Shown piece by piece: positions 22,316 through 31,602 of a stretch of DNA of 64,000 bases. The notes under the pieces are model-generated. The model made no database searches and had not been told where the DNA came from. It saw only the letters and a program-made list of their open reading frames with translations. Numbering within the stretch: position 1 is the first letter of the stretch; each line of letters starts with the position of its first letter. Position numbers and translations under genes: made by a program. This DNA comes from Candidatus Bathyarchaeota archaeon. GTDB lineage: Archaea > Thermoproteota > Bathyarchaeia > 40CM-2-53-6. Location of the stretch: NCBI GenBank assembly GCA_963835925.1, contig CAWIHH010000004.1:282111-346110 (forward strand), written 5' to 3'.

Positions 22316-22677
22316 AGGAAGTGGTGAACTGCCTTCATTCTTCGGCAATAATCCATGGTTGGAGGTTCTCTCAAGACGAGGCAGAGAGGAGAACGCTCCG
22401 ATTGCCGGTTGAGACAGTCGTGCGGGTCCCAATACGCAGAATTCCGGTCGTCATTGACCTTAAGGATCCGTTGGCGCCAGAACTTTCTCTCGACGATTTC
22501 AGAGAGCTCTTTGGGAAAGACCCCGACATGAACCGGTACAGGATCGTGACAATCGAAGTCATCACATCCCCTGACGACATGCAGCCAATGCTAGTTTCCG
22601 AATGTGGCCGATATTCCAGATTCCTCCGACGAGAATCGGACAGCATCTATTTCCGAAAGAAGCTGGATATGGCTTAA
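22309..22677 (+). CDS. hypothetical protein (122 aa) with a TTG start overlapping the previous ORF
   Basis: ORF track entry that is translationally coupled to 22070-22315. No family was recognised. Confidence 0.3.
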   Translation: MLKEVVNCLHSSAIIHGWRFSQDEAERRTLRLPVETVVRVPIRRIPVVIDLKDPLAPELSLDDFRELFGKDPDMNRYRIVTIEVITSPDDMQPMLVSECGRYSRFLRRESDSIYFRKKLDMA

Positions 22678-22852
22678 CTAGGCTCAGGCCATTTACAGTG
22701 ACGACGTACAGGAGACTTAATTCTGAGAAATCCCCTGTTACTTCCCCCGGTTCACGTGCAATAGCGAAGATTGCCAACATGGCGCTCAAAAGGCGAGAAA
22801 ACGGTCTGATCGCATGTTCTGACTCAGAAATGCTAATATCTAGCGCAAGACT

Positions 22853-22874
22853 TAAATATACTGTCGTGTACAGT
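22853..22874 (+). promoter_or_regulatory. TATA-like box (TTAAATATA) followed by the perfect palindrome ACTGTcgtgtACAGT, upstream of TFB
   Basis: Read directly from the sequence. A second TATA-like element, TTATTATA, lies at 22876-22883. Confidence 0.3.
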
Positions 22875-22977
22875 TATTATAGCTTTCGGGCCGGATGACT
22901 GGTTCTGAAGCGGAACGACGACGTTGTTCTACTGAGGAGATGGCTCGAGCGTAAAGCATGAAGTAGGTTGGAGAAAA

Positions 22978-23911
22978 ATGAGTGCAAGTGCAACAACCCG
23001 AAAAATGGGAAAAATCACCAACTGCCCCGAATGCGGCAGCGCAAATCTTGTAGAGGATTATGATCTGGGAGAGATCATCTGTCACGATTGTGGATTGGTG
23101 CTTAGTGAGCATTCGCTCAACCAAGGTCCTGAATGGCGAGCGTTCACCAAGGAAGAGAAGGATGAACGAGGTCGCGTCGGAATTCCAACATCATTCTCAA
23201 TTCACGACAAGGGATTATCCACCGTAATCGACCGCGTCAACAGAGATGCATACGGCCGACAGCTTCCTCTAGCCACAAGGCTTGAGATGCTGCGGTTAAG
23301 GAAATGGCAAATCCGAACCAGAGTTCATTCCTCGGCCGACAGAAATCTTGCTCAAGCAATGGCAGAACTCGACAGACTCACAGACATGTTACACATCCCA
23401 GCGTCCATCAAGGAACGCGCGGCAATAGTTTACCGAAAAGCCCTGGACAACGGTCTCGTCAGAGGCCGATCCATTGCCGCCATAGCCGCCGCATCATTGT
23501 ACGCCGCGTGCAGAATGTCAGAAACTCCCAGAACACTGAAAGACGTATCGGCTGCAAGCAGAATTCGCAAGAAAGACGTTGCCCGATGCTACAGATTACT
23601 CGTCAGAGAATTGGATCTTCGAATGCCAGTCGAGGACCCTGTGAAGTGCATTTCCAAGATAGCGACCAAAGTCGAAATATCAATGCCCACGCAGCAGCGC
23701 GCAATCAAAATCATAAACGAAGCCAAGAAGAAAAGGCATCGTCGCTGGCAAGGACCCAATGGGTTTGGCAGCCGCATCACTCTACGTCGCATGCGTTCTC
23801 GAAGGAGAAAAGAAAACCCAGAAAGAGATAGCTGAAGTGGCCAACGTAACCGAGGTCACAGTCCGCAACAGGTACAAGGGCCTAAAAGAAGCCCTCAAAC
23901 TGGACATCTAA
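22978..23911 (+). CDS. tfb: transcription initiation factor IIB (TFB), with a +1 frameshift near 23735
   Basis: The N-terminal Zn-ribbon is CPECGSANL...CHDCG, followed by cyclin repeats. The true C-terminus [61 protein letters not shown] is in another frame, after an extra A in AAGAAAAGG. Confidence 0.9.
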
Positions 23912-23945
23912 CTCGGCTGAATTGGTCCTGCTGCTGTCTCGAATC

Positions 23946-23958
23946 TTTTTTTATTTTC
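23946..23958 (+). terminator. oligo-T tract (TTTTTTTATTTTC) directly downstream of the TFB stop
   Basis: Archaeal intrinsic terminators are T-rich runs. This one begins 35 nt after the TFB stop. Confidence 0.4.
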
Positions 23959-23960
23959 AA

Positions 23961-23995
23961 GGTTAAACTTACTCTTCTTCACGGTAAACTTACTC
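23961..23995. repeat. direct repeat GG(T)TAAACTTACTC x2 with an 8-nt spacer
   Basis: Read directly from the sequence: GGTTAAACTTACTC at 23961-23974 and GGTAAACTTACTC at 23983-23995. Confidence 0.4.
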
Positions 23996-24053
23996 GCCTC
24001 TACTCCGAACTCAGTTTTTGGCATTGACTCAGAATTCCTTCTAGGTGTAACGC

Positions 24054-24075
24054 CATTCCTGCATTTGCAGGAATG
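24054..24075. terminator. perfect 9-bp stem / 4-nt loop hairpin (CATTCCTGC-ATTT-GCAGGAATG) followed by a C8 run, between convergent genes
   Basis: Read directly from the sequence. It lies between the 3' ends of TFB (+) and the Zn-ribbon/SUI1 genes (-). Confidence 0.35.
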
Positions 24076-24086
24076 CGGACCCCCCC

Positions 24087-24308
24087 CATTAGTGTTTCAA
24101 TGTCCATTCTTGTTCAGATCGCCCTCTTCGAGCTCCAAAACGAGCCTGCCAACGTAGCCGCACTCCTCGCACGAATAGACAGGCGGCAGGAGCCATCCGC
24201 CGAGAGAATCATGAAGCCGAATCTTTATGCTCCCACATGAAGGACAAATCTGAGCCGCCGATCCGGAACGTTTCAATTTCCTTACGGTTTCGAAGAAGCT
24301 GTTCGTAA
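24087..24308 (-). CDS. small zinc-ribbon protein (about 60-73 aa)
   Basis: Minus-strand translation gives ...TVRKLKRSGSAAQICPSCGSIKIRLHDSLGGWLLPPVYSCEECGYVGRLVLELEEGDLNKNGH* with CxxC...CxxC. It is below the ORF-track size cutoff, and its start is uncertain (possibly the TTG at 24266). Confidence 0.35.
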
Positions 24309-24331
24309 CAACATCACTTCAGTCCAGGGCT

Positions 24332-24652
24332 TCAATGGATCTCGATGGAGGTTTCCGGAAAGCCAGACTGAACAAGCAAACTCTTGACTTTCTTCCGATG
24401 ATCTCCTTGAAGCAATATGAGCCCATCCTTCGACGTCCCACCACAAGCGCAGTAGGTCTTAAGTTTGGCTCCTAAGTCGTTGAGATTGACGCTCTTCGAG
24501 TCAATTCCTTCGATGATAGTGGTAGCCTTACCCCATTTCCTAGTCTCGAGGCGAACTTTGACAAGTTGCTGCTCCATGCTGATGGTTCCGCAGACACACA
24601 GATCCTTAGGAAGGCCACAAGTGGCACAAACTTCCGCCATAATTCGGTTCAA
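24332..24652 (-). CDS. sui1: translation initiation factor SUI1/aIF1
   Basis: The N-terminal zinc knuckle is CATCGLPKDLCVC and the SUI1 domain is KATTIIEGI...GGTSKDGLILLQGDHRKKVKSLL. The probable start is the ATG at 24640. Confidence 0.85.
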   Translation of the reverse strand: MNRIMAEVCATCGLPKDLCVCGTISMEQQLVKVRLETRKWGKATTIIEGIDSKSVNLNDLGAKLKTYCACGGTSKDGLILLQGDHRKKVKSLLVQSGFPETSIEIH

Positions 24653-24686
24653 TTACTCCTGTCCAGTCGTGCGGAATATCATTTTT

Positions 24687-24700
24687 GACAGTATTTAAGT
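24687..24700 (-). promoter_or_regulatory. TATA-like CTTAAATA followed by ACTGTC, about 40-50 nt upstream of SUI1
   Basis: Read directly from the sequence. It is the same CTTAAATA..ACTGTC arrangement found upstream of TFB. Confidence 0.3.
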
Positions 24701-25120
24701 CATACCTTCTGAAGGACAGGCCGCACAGCGAAGAACGGGCAGGTTACGAGCACTCAAATTGCCATCGCTTTCTCCTAATTACGTCAGGAGTCCGCAGTTG
24801 CTCGAATCTCACCAGGCGCATCAACGGCGCTATGTCAGCTTACACAGCTCATTCCAACAGACTAAAGCCACAATATCGTAGAGCAAGAACGTCGCAGATT
24901 CTTCAACCTACTAAAAGGAACTGATAGATGGTCTACTGCGGTCATCACAAAAAGTGATCAATTTGAATACTGATCGTGGACAGATGGAAATCACACTAGA
25001 TATCCAGAGGACCAGAGCTCGGAGACAAACTTGCCGGAACACTCTGTTGCGGAGGCAGCAAGAAAGAAGCTCTATCCACCTCTTGCGCCATTCCTTTATC
25101 ACAAGGGTCCTGAATATCAT

Positions 25121-26298
25121 TGAAGAAATTGCCTGCTAACCTTCCGCCTGAAGCTAAGGCAAAATGGAATGAGGCCCTGGCGGAGAAAAATCTGAGGAAG
25201 AAGATTCAAGCATTTCAGGAATTTCTTTCGACTATTCCGAAACACAAAGGCAACGAACGTCTCAGAGCTCAGATCAGACCAAGATAGCTACGCTCAAAGA
25301 AGAAGTTGCTGCTCAAAGCGGGAAACGAAGTGGAAGCCGCTCCCCTTGGACAATCAAGCGTGAAGGCGCGGCCCAAGTAGTGATGTTCGGTCCAACAAAC
25401 GCAGGTCGAAGCAGTCTACTTAGAGCTTTAACGAACGCGCAACCGCCGATTGGCGATTACGAGTTTACGACTCACCGACCAATCCCAGGGATGCTTCCAT
25501 ACGAAGATATTCAACTTCAGCTTGTGGAACCACCAGCCCCCAACTCGGCCAGGACGGCGAATACGAGATCCAGCCTGAAGCGACAGACCTACTCCGCATG
25601 TGCGATGGTTTGCTCCTTGTCGTGGACCTAACTTCAGATCCAATAAGCCAATTCCAGACTACTACCGACGCTTAGAGGAAGCCCACATCTCAATTCAAAA
25701 ACCTCATCAAGGGTTGAAATAGTGCGAGAGAAAGGAACAGGGGAAATTCGCATCGCGACATCAGTACTCAAACCTCAGCCGATCTCGACCAAATCAAGGC
25801 TATTTCACAGTTATGGGATAAACAACGCACTTGTAAGAGTATACGGCGATGTGACTCTCGACGCTATCGAAGACGCAATCTCGGAAAACGTCACCATTTA
25901 CAAGCCATGTTTGGTGGTTGGGAACAAGCTCGACCTTCTTAGAGGCAGGAAGGACTTCTGGCGAATTCGAGAACAAGATAGGTGCGCAACTGCCAGTACT
26001 TTTGACGTCCTGCCTAACTGGTCAAGGATTAACACAGGTCGCTGAGGCGACCTTTCATTGCCTCGGGATGATGCGCATTTACACTAAGGAACCCAATCAG
26101 TCAAAACCTTCGGTGCATCCATTTGTGGTCCGCTCGGGCACTACTGTGAAGGAACTGGCGCGTAGTATTCACAGTGCTCTAGCTGAGAAGTACCGCTATT
26201 CACGAATCTGGGGGCCCACTAGCAAGTTTCCAGGCGAGCGTGTGGGTCCGGAACACGTACTTGGAGATCACGATGTCGTAGAGATCCACGCAGAGTGA
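25121..26298 (+). CDS. DRG/Obg-family GTPase with a C-terminal TGS domain (at least 2 frameshifts)
   Basis: The pieces are N-terminal HKGNERLRAQI, the G1 motif GPTNAGRSSLLRALTNA, and TGS-like MRIYTKEPN...FVVRSGTTVKELARSIHSALAEKYRYSRIWG. They are spread over 3 frames. Confidence 0.7.
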
Positions 26299-26773
26299 GG
26301 AGCAGCTACGGTTCTAATGTTATTTATGAGAATTTGGGTGCGACTAGCCAGTCCTGCTTAGAGTCTGGCGCGACGTCGCCTTCGGAAATTCTTGATCCGC
26401 CAGAATCCACTCGAGTCACGATAATATTCCATAATTTCCATTTATTTTTCACACCAACATTGCACAGTTCGGAACCTCGCCTCACTTAGAGATTTCACCA
26501 TAACCCGGCACGCATTATTCAGCCAAGCACCATCCCAAAACAGACATGCAGACTGCAAGTTCCACGCAAAACCGAGCTCGCAACGTTATGAGTTGACATC
26601 GTTGTTCAAACTTAAGCTGCCCTTGAAGCAGGTGCATCGAGCAAATCCGTTGTGATGTTCCAGTGAATCCCGATCTCAAATTGCAGCCGAACCAGCATAC
26701 TTGTTACCGCAAACGCTAGATTCGAAATCGGATTAAAAAGTTGATGAAAAATATCGAATTATTTAGTCAGGCT

Positions 26774-27114
26774 TTAGTTTTTCAAGGCCCCGAATATTCC
26801 ACCGACAATTCCTAGAATCATTCCCGCCATGAGCCGCCGCCAATAAACAGACTGAACACTGCAAGCGGAAATATGAGCACATCCGCTATAGCTCCATTCC
26901 CCATCAGAATCATGAATGACCCAAATACCAATACTAGTCCTATGATGAGTCCGATTGCAAATGCGTAGGCTGGACCTATGATGGGCAACCACCAGAATAT
27001 CAAAGACCAAATCGTGTAGAATGTGGGAGCTAGCAAAAGCGCGCTATTGAGAAGGACGAGGATTCCTGATAACAGTGACAGGGCAAAACCTACTCCCGCT
27101 TTCCGTCCAATCAC
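26774..27114 (-). CDS. small polytopic membrane protein (frameshifted)
   Basis: Two overlapping hydrophobic ORFs (98 aa and 78 aa) whose hydrophobic segments join into one protein of about 110 aa. Confidence 0.3.
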
Positions 27115-27307
27115 CGTCTTTCTAGCTTGAATGACCGTTCTCGAAGGTTGTCTGGAAGCATGGCTTGTGGCCTACCACAGTAGGGGCAGTAGACTGAGTA
27201 CACTGGCATTATTCTTCCGCAACTTCTGCACCGCACTGTCGGAAGCGGCAAGACATATTGCACCAGCGGGCGCTCTTCACAATCATATGCGAGCAGGAGC
27301 GGGAGGC

Positions 27308-29188
27308 CTACTCTTCCGTTTCATCGTGAATGCCATAACCACCAACCCAAGGCCAAGCGCTAGAAAAAGACCCGTAGAAGAGGATTAGGTAGATGAGAGG
27401 ATTTGTCGAAGATGAGAACGGTTTCGGAACTCTCAGAAGGACGTCTACGGTATGAGTAATCGGACTCGAAGCTAGGCTTGTTCCAACAATAGTCATAGTG
27501 TAATTGTTCGGCGTTGCGTCCGGACCGACACAAATGGTCAGGATAGAGTTACCCGCTCCGCCAGAGGTCAGTGTAACTGGATTCGGTCTGTATTTGAAGG
27601 TTGCGTGAGCGGGAAGATTGGTTAACGTTAGGTTTACTGGCGCACCGAAATTCCCTATTGAACGTAACGCAACGCTGATGTTACCACATTGGCCGAGGTT
27701 CACTATGAGGGGATTTGGTTTCTTGGGGTTTGCGTCGATCGTGAAATCCGAGGGTGTCGGAGTTACAATTAGCTGCACGGTGATGCTGTGGGTGATGAGT
27801 GGGAGCGTTGAGGTACCGGTTATTGTCAAGTCGTATGTTCCGGGTGGCGTGCCTAGGGTTGTCGATACTGTCAGGGTAGAGTGGACAGTTCCCCCCTGAG
27901 GAGGCGTTACTGGATTTGGCGAGATGCTGCCTGTGGAACCAGGCGGTAGGCCGGATACCTGCAAGTTGACTGGAGAGTTAAAACTTCCAACTGAGGTCAC
28001 ACTCAGTGAGTACGTTGCCATTCCGTCTTGCACTACAGTCTGCGAAATCGGCATGCCAGAGAGCAAGAAATCCAGTTGCGGACCGTGCACGAACTTGTTT
28101 CCGAAGAGTTGATACACCGCGTAATACCCATTTTGATCGGCGAATTCTGGATAGGTCTGTTGGTATGGGTGAAACGCAAGGCCTTCAACTATCCCATTGC
28201 CCACTTGGAAATAGAAACCTAGGATAGCGTACCTGAATGGTACGCCGAAGTTGTTACTGTCGATGAGAATCCTAACATCAGAGACGTGTGCAGGTCGAAC
28301 AGCCGAAACAACTTGACCACCGCCTTCAGTGTAAATTGTAACAGAGTTTGGATTGGAACCTGGGTTGTAGTATTGACTCGGAAATTCGGGTGAAAAGCTA
28401 CTCCCGCTCGGGGGATTGTAGACCGTACTCTTCCAAGAACCCTCACCGCCATCTGCGATCTGAACATAGCCCGGGAAAGCCGCGATCATGTCTAAGAGTG
28501 CAATGTCAGTGTAGATTATCTCGTTTCCTCGTTGCACATAGGCTGCAAGAGTGTTATAGACGGCCTGTATCCTCGCATTCCTGTCTGGAGCATAGCTTGA
28601 AGGGTTCCCATACCAGCCTGGACAATCATCAACAATCAGTGAATATTGATTGATCAATGATGGATTGGCTTCAACAGCTGAAGGGTCCACTATCGTATAG
28701 CTGATACCCATTCGGTCAAGCGAGATATCAGTCCTTCCGAAAACCCCTCTAATCACTAGAATTCGAGTCGGTTGTCTCACGAAAAAGACTTTGTTCGAGG
28801 TGAATGGAACGGTGAGCTGAGTGACCGTGACTTGGGAAAAAGTCGAATTGGAAAGGAAACTGTTCACAACGGAGAGGAACTTCTGTTCAATAAGAAATGG
28901 GCCCCCCTGGTAGACCGCTCCGGTCGGCGTTAACGCGGTCTGCATATTGGCATCCGGTGGTTCAATTATCCTCGCCAGGCCAGCGCTTGAGCCGCTTGCA
29001 AGGAACTCATGAATGAACCCGTATACATGAACTCGATCCGCTTGCTTGTTATCCATGGGGACCACGATCGTTCCAGTTGGGAAAGTTGCTGCCGCAAGAG
29101 GAGGTATCGCGGCCACGGCATAGAAGCTCGGTCCAAGAATCACGAGGAAGAGTACAAGGCACGCAAGAATCTCACGAGATCTTTTCAT
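27308..29188 (-). CDS. large secreted surface protein (626 aa) with tandem Ig-like repeats and a C-terminal membrane anchor
   Basis: It has a signal peptide (MKRSREILACLVLFLVILGPSFYAVAA). The C-terminal half contains repeated modules of about 90 aa (PVNLQVSGLPPGSTGSISPNPVT... / PVNLTLTNLPAHATFKYRPNPVT...). A terminal hydrophobic segment reads LIYLILFYGSFSSAWPWVGG. Confidence 0.6.
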   Translation of the reverse strand: MKRSREILACLVLFLVILGPSFYAVAAIPPLAAATFPTGTIVVPMDNKQADRVHVYGFIHEFLASGSSAGLARIIEPPDANMQTALTPTGAVYQGGPFLIEQKFLSVVNSFLSNSTFSQVTVTQLTVPFTSNKVFFVRQPTRILVIRGVFGRTDISLDRMGISYTIVDPSAVEANPSLINQYSLIVDDCPGWYGNPSSYAPDRNARIQAVYNTLAAYVQRGNEIIYTDIALLDMIAAFPGYVQIADGGEGSWKSTVYNPPSGSSFSPEFPSQYYNPGSNPNSVTIYTEGGGQVVSAVRPAHVSDVRILIDSNNFGVPFRYAILGFYFQVGNGIVEGLAFHPYQQTYPEFADQNGYYAVYQLFGNKFVHGPQLDFLLSGMPISQTVVQDGMATYSLSVTSVGSFNSPVNLQVSGLPPGSTGSISPNPVTPPQGGTVHSTLTVSTTLGTPPGTYDLTITGTSTLPLITHSITVQLIVTPTPSDFTIDANPKKPNPLIVNLGQCGNISVALRSIGNFGAPVNLTLTNLPAHATFKYRPNPVTLTSGGAGNSILTICVGPDATPNNYTMTIVGTSLASSPITHTVDVLLRVPKPFSSSTNPLIYLILFYGSFSSAWPWVGGYGIHDETEE

Positions 29189-29451
29189 TCATGAGTGCCT
29201 CTATTTGAAATCATACTGGCCTTTTTTCTGATTTCTGGGCTAGTCGTTACCTTAGCCTTTCGTTGGCTACTTAAGACTTCGTTATCCTAATCCTAGCGAC
29301 TTCCTAATAGCCCATCTCTTCAAACCCATCCGTCGGTGGAATCACCCTACTGATTTATTGCAATTTTGCACTCAAATAGTGCAGTTCTTTGTATGAAATC
29401 TGCGCTGAACATAATCGATTACAAGTCAACGGTCATTATCCGAGATCACTG

Positions 29452-30370
29452 CTAGGAACGCCATTCCAAATAGCCAAGAAAACCGAAGACGCTAACTCTG
29501 GTCGTGCTCTTAAGAAATTCAGGTAGATCGATCGATGACCATCCTGCCCGCTGGGCCACGTCATCGACCAGATTGGCGACGATCTCATCGACAGGCTGTT
29601 GTCTCGACACGGGTTGCTCAAGCCTACTCCTCCAGTCAAGCAAAACATCGATATTTTTCTCAAAGTTCTCGCTCGGATTGGTCAACAGTCCGAAGTGTGG
29701 CGTGAACAATTTCATCGGTGAAAGCGCTTGGAGCCTTTTGATAGAGTTAATGGCTCTTTCCAGGTTGAAACTGGGTGGCGGAGTGGTGGGAATCAGGATG
29801 GGCGTTCCAGTAGGATGGACGCCTAGGGCGTCGCCGGTGAACAGGTCGCCTGTTTCTTCCAAAAGATAGCTGAGATGGTGAGGTGCGTGTCCAGGAGTCC
29901 AGATCGATCTCAGTGTTACTCCGTCTCCCAAAGAGACCTGTTCGTCGTCTTGAATGATTCGTATTCGTTTATTGCTTACAGGAACCGGGACTCCGAATCT
30001 ATGAATCAGTGTATCTCCGAAAACTTCCCCCGCGCTTGTCACAAGTCTGCGTAGGATCCGTCAGGTGGGGTTCGCCTTTAGGATGCACTCTGACAGTAGC
30101 GTTGGGAAATCTTTGGGCAATTGTTCCGCAAGATCCGCAGTGATCCAAGTGGACGTGCGTTGGCAATAAGTAGTGGAGCCCATCATCAGCGATACCGTGT
30201 GCCAATAGATCTCCCATTACAGTTTCGGCTGAGGAACGATAGCCCATGTCAATTAATGCCGTCTCTTTGCCACGAACGAGGTACGCCGCTACAACTCCCT
30301 GTTCACCTAAAGCTCGGGTGTCGATGATGGCTGTGGACTTGGTGACTTGTTTTAGCAAGGTCCATCCCAC
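29452..30370 (-). CDS. MBL-fold metallo-hydrolase (frameshifted)
   Basis: THVHLDHCGSCG (HxHxDH) lies in ORF 29999-30370. A later His motif lies in the downstream ORF 29452-30042. Confidence 0.7.
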
Positions 30371-30674
30371 AGCTCAATATGCTCGAAACGAGTATATTGA
30401 GTGGCCGTTGTCTCCAGAATCTGCCGCGACCACTATGATCGACAAGGATAAAGTTAAGCCGACCTGAATTTCCACATGACAAAACGCTCTCATCGCCGAG
30501 GAACATGGGTCTCGACGAGGAGACAATTGATGAACTTATCACGACAAGGCAACGCAAGATCATGGAAGGGTGCGGCTCATTTGCAGCTTCAGAAAGATCG
30601 AGAAGCTAGTAAGAAAAGCAAATCATGCAAGCCCAGATGGCGAATAGCCAATTGGCCTGAGTCGAGGCAAATGC

Positions 30675-31007
30675 CTAATCGCGTAAGTCGTGTTGAGGGA
30701 GGCTGCACTCGGGGCACTCTGCCGAGTCTTCGGAAATCTGAGCCATACAGTACCAACAGAATTTCTTTCCTGGCTCTGGCGTGGGTGATGAGGGCTCTGA
30801 GCGAAGAAATCCAACAGCAAACATCACTCCCCCCACCAATGCGATCGGAAGTCCAAAGACTGAAACACCCAACGGAACGTACAGATCCATAACTACAAGG
30901 AATATTCCGAAAATGGCTAGGATCGCTCCAGAAGCGACTAGGCCTCTGTACATTTGGATCAGGAAGGTTGATTGGCCTGATAGATAATTGCCTTTTCGAC
31001 TACCCAA
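30675..31007 (-). CDS. membrane protein with a C-terminal zinc ribbon
   Basis: Two TM helices are followed by CWYCMAQISEDSAECPECS. Confidence 0.4.
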   Translation of the reverse strand: MGSRKGNYLSGQSTFLIQMYRGLVASGAILAIFGIFLVVMDLYVPLGVSVFGLPIALVGGVMFAVGFLRSEPSSPTPEPGKKFCWYCMAQISEDSAECPECSLPQHDLRD

Positions 31008-31029
31008 ATTGAGACGCTAGAAGTATAGA

Positions 31030-31590
31030 TCAGGCTTTGAACCAGCGAAAGACCAAGTAGTCCACTTTCTTTCCCCGGTCCTTCGGAACCGCTATTGTGA
31101 ACTGTTTTCGCACGGTGGTCGCCAATCGCCCGGCCAAGACAACTTCGAACGGCCCCATCGTGTCCCTCTCCTTCTTGACTGTTACAATGAATGGGGCGTG
31201 ATCTATCCCCGGACCATGTTCGTAAATCGCGAAGTCGGAACCGAATCGTATTCCCGGAGTTACGATTAATCCCTTTTCGCGAAGGTTTTCATAGGCTGCA
31301 TATCCTAATTCGAATTGCTTGTAAATCCGATTAGCAAGCCCTAAAAGTCTTGTTCGGCTAACTGTCCTTGAAGACCTTACGTCAGTGACTTTGATAATCT
31401 TCCTATCTAGCAAATACAGCCCCTCCATCAGGTCTAGCATTAGTGGTGCCTTGAAATCTTGTTCGGGTTTAGGCTTGGGAATTCCGACAGGTTTGCCAAA
31501 GAATCCCATACGATAAAGGCTCATTCCATCCTTGTGATCCCACACAATTAACCTGGTTCCGATCAGTTCAGCGGTAAGAGCCTTCCCCAT
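31030..31590 (-). CDS. endA: tRNA-splicing (intron) endonuclease catalytic subunit
   Basis: The 186 aa protein has a C-terminal catalytic domain with GIRFGSDFAIYEHGPGIDHAPFIV. Confidence 0.85.
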   Translation of the reverse strand: MGKALTAELIGTRLIVWDHKDGMSLYRMGFFGKPVGIPKPKPEQDFKAPLMLDLMEGLYLLDRKIIKVTDVRSSRTVSRTRLLGLANRIYKQFELGYAAYENLREKGLIVTPGIRFGSDFAIYEHGPGIDHAPFIVTVKKERDTMGPFEVVLAGRLATTVRKQFTIAVPKDRGKKVDYLVFRWFKA

Positions 31591-31602
31591 TAGTCATGAC
31601 TC

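Noticed and set aside
21760-22978. Possibility that the region after the actin gene is non-coding (ncRNA)
   Set aside because: Both strands give only short ORFs. However, the plus-strand ORFs are serially overlapping in the manner of coupled genes, and indels are common here. I kept them as low-confidence CDS rather than calling an ncRNA. No C/D-box or SRP/RNase P-like signature was seen.
23304-23831. 175 aa basic ORF overlapping TFB in another frame
   Set aside because: It is an alternative frame of the TFB coding region. The real TFB C-terminus is in the third frame. The composition (R, H and S rich) is typical of out-of-frame translation.
29202-29210. TTTCAAATA as a promoter for the 626 aa surface-protein gene
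   Set aside because: It lies only 13 nt from the ATG at 29188, so the predicted TSS would fall inside the signal-peptide codons. It is not convincing without TSS data.
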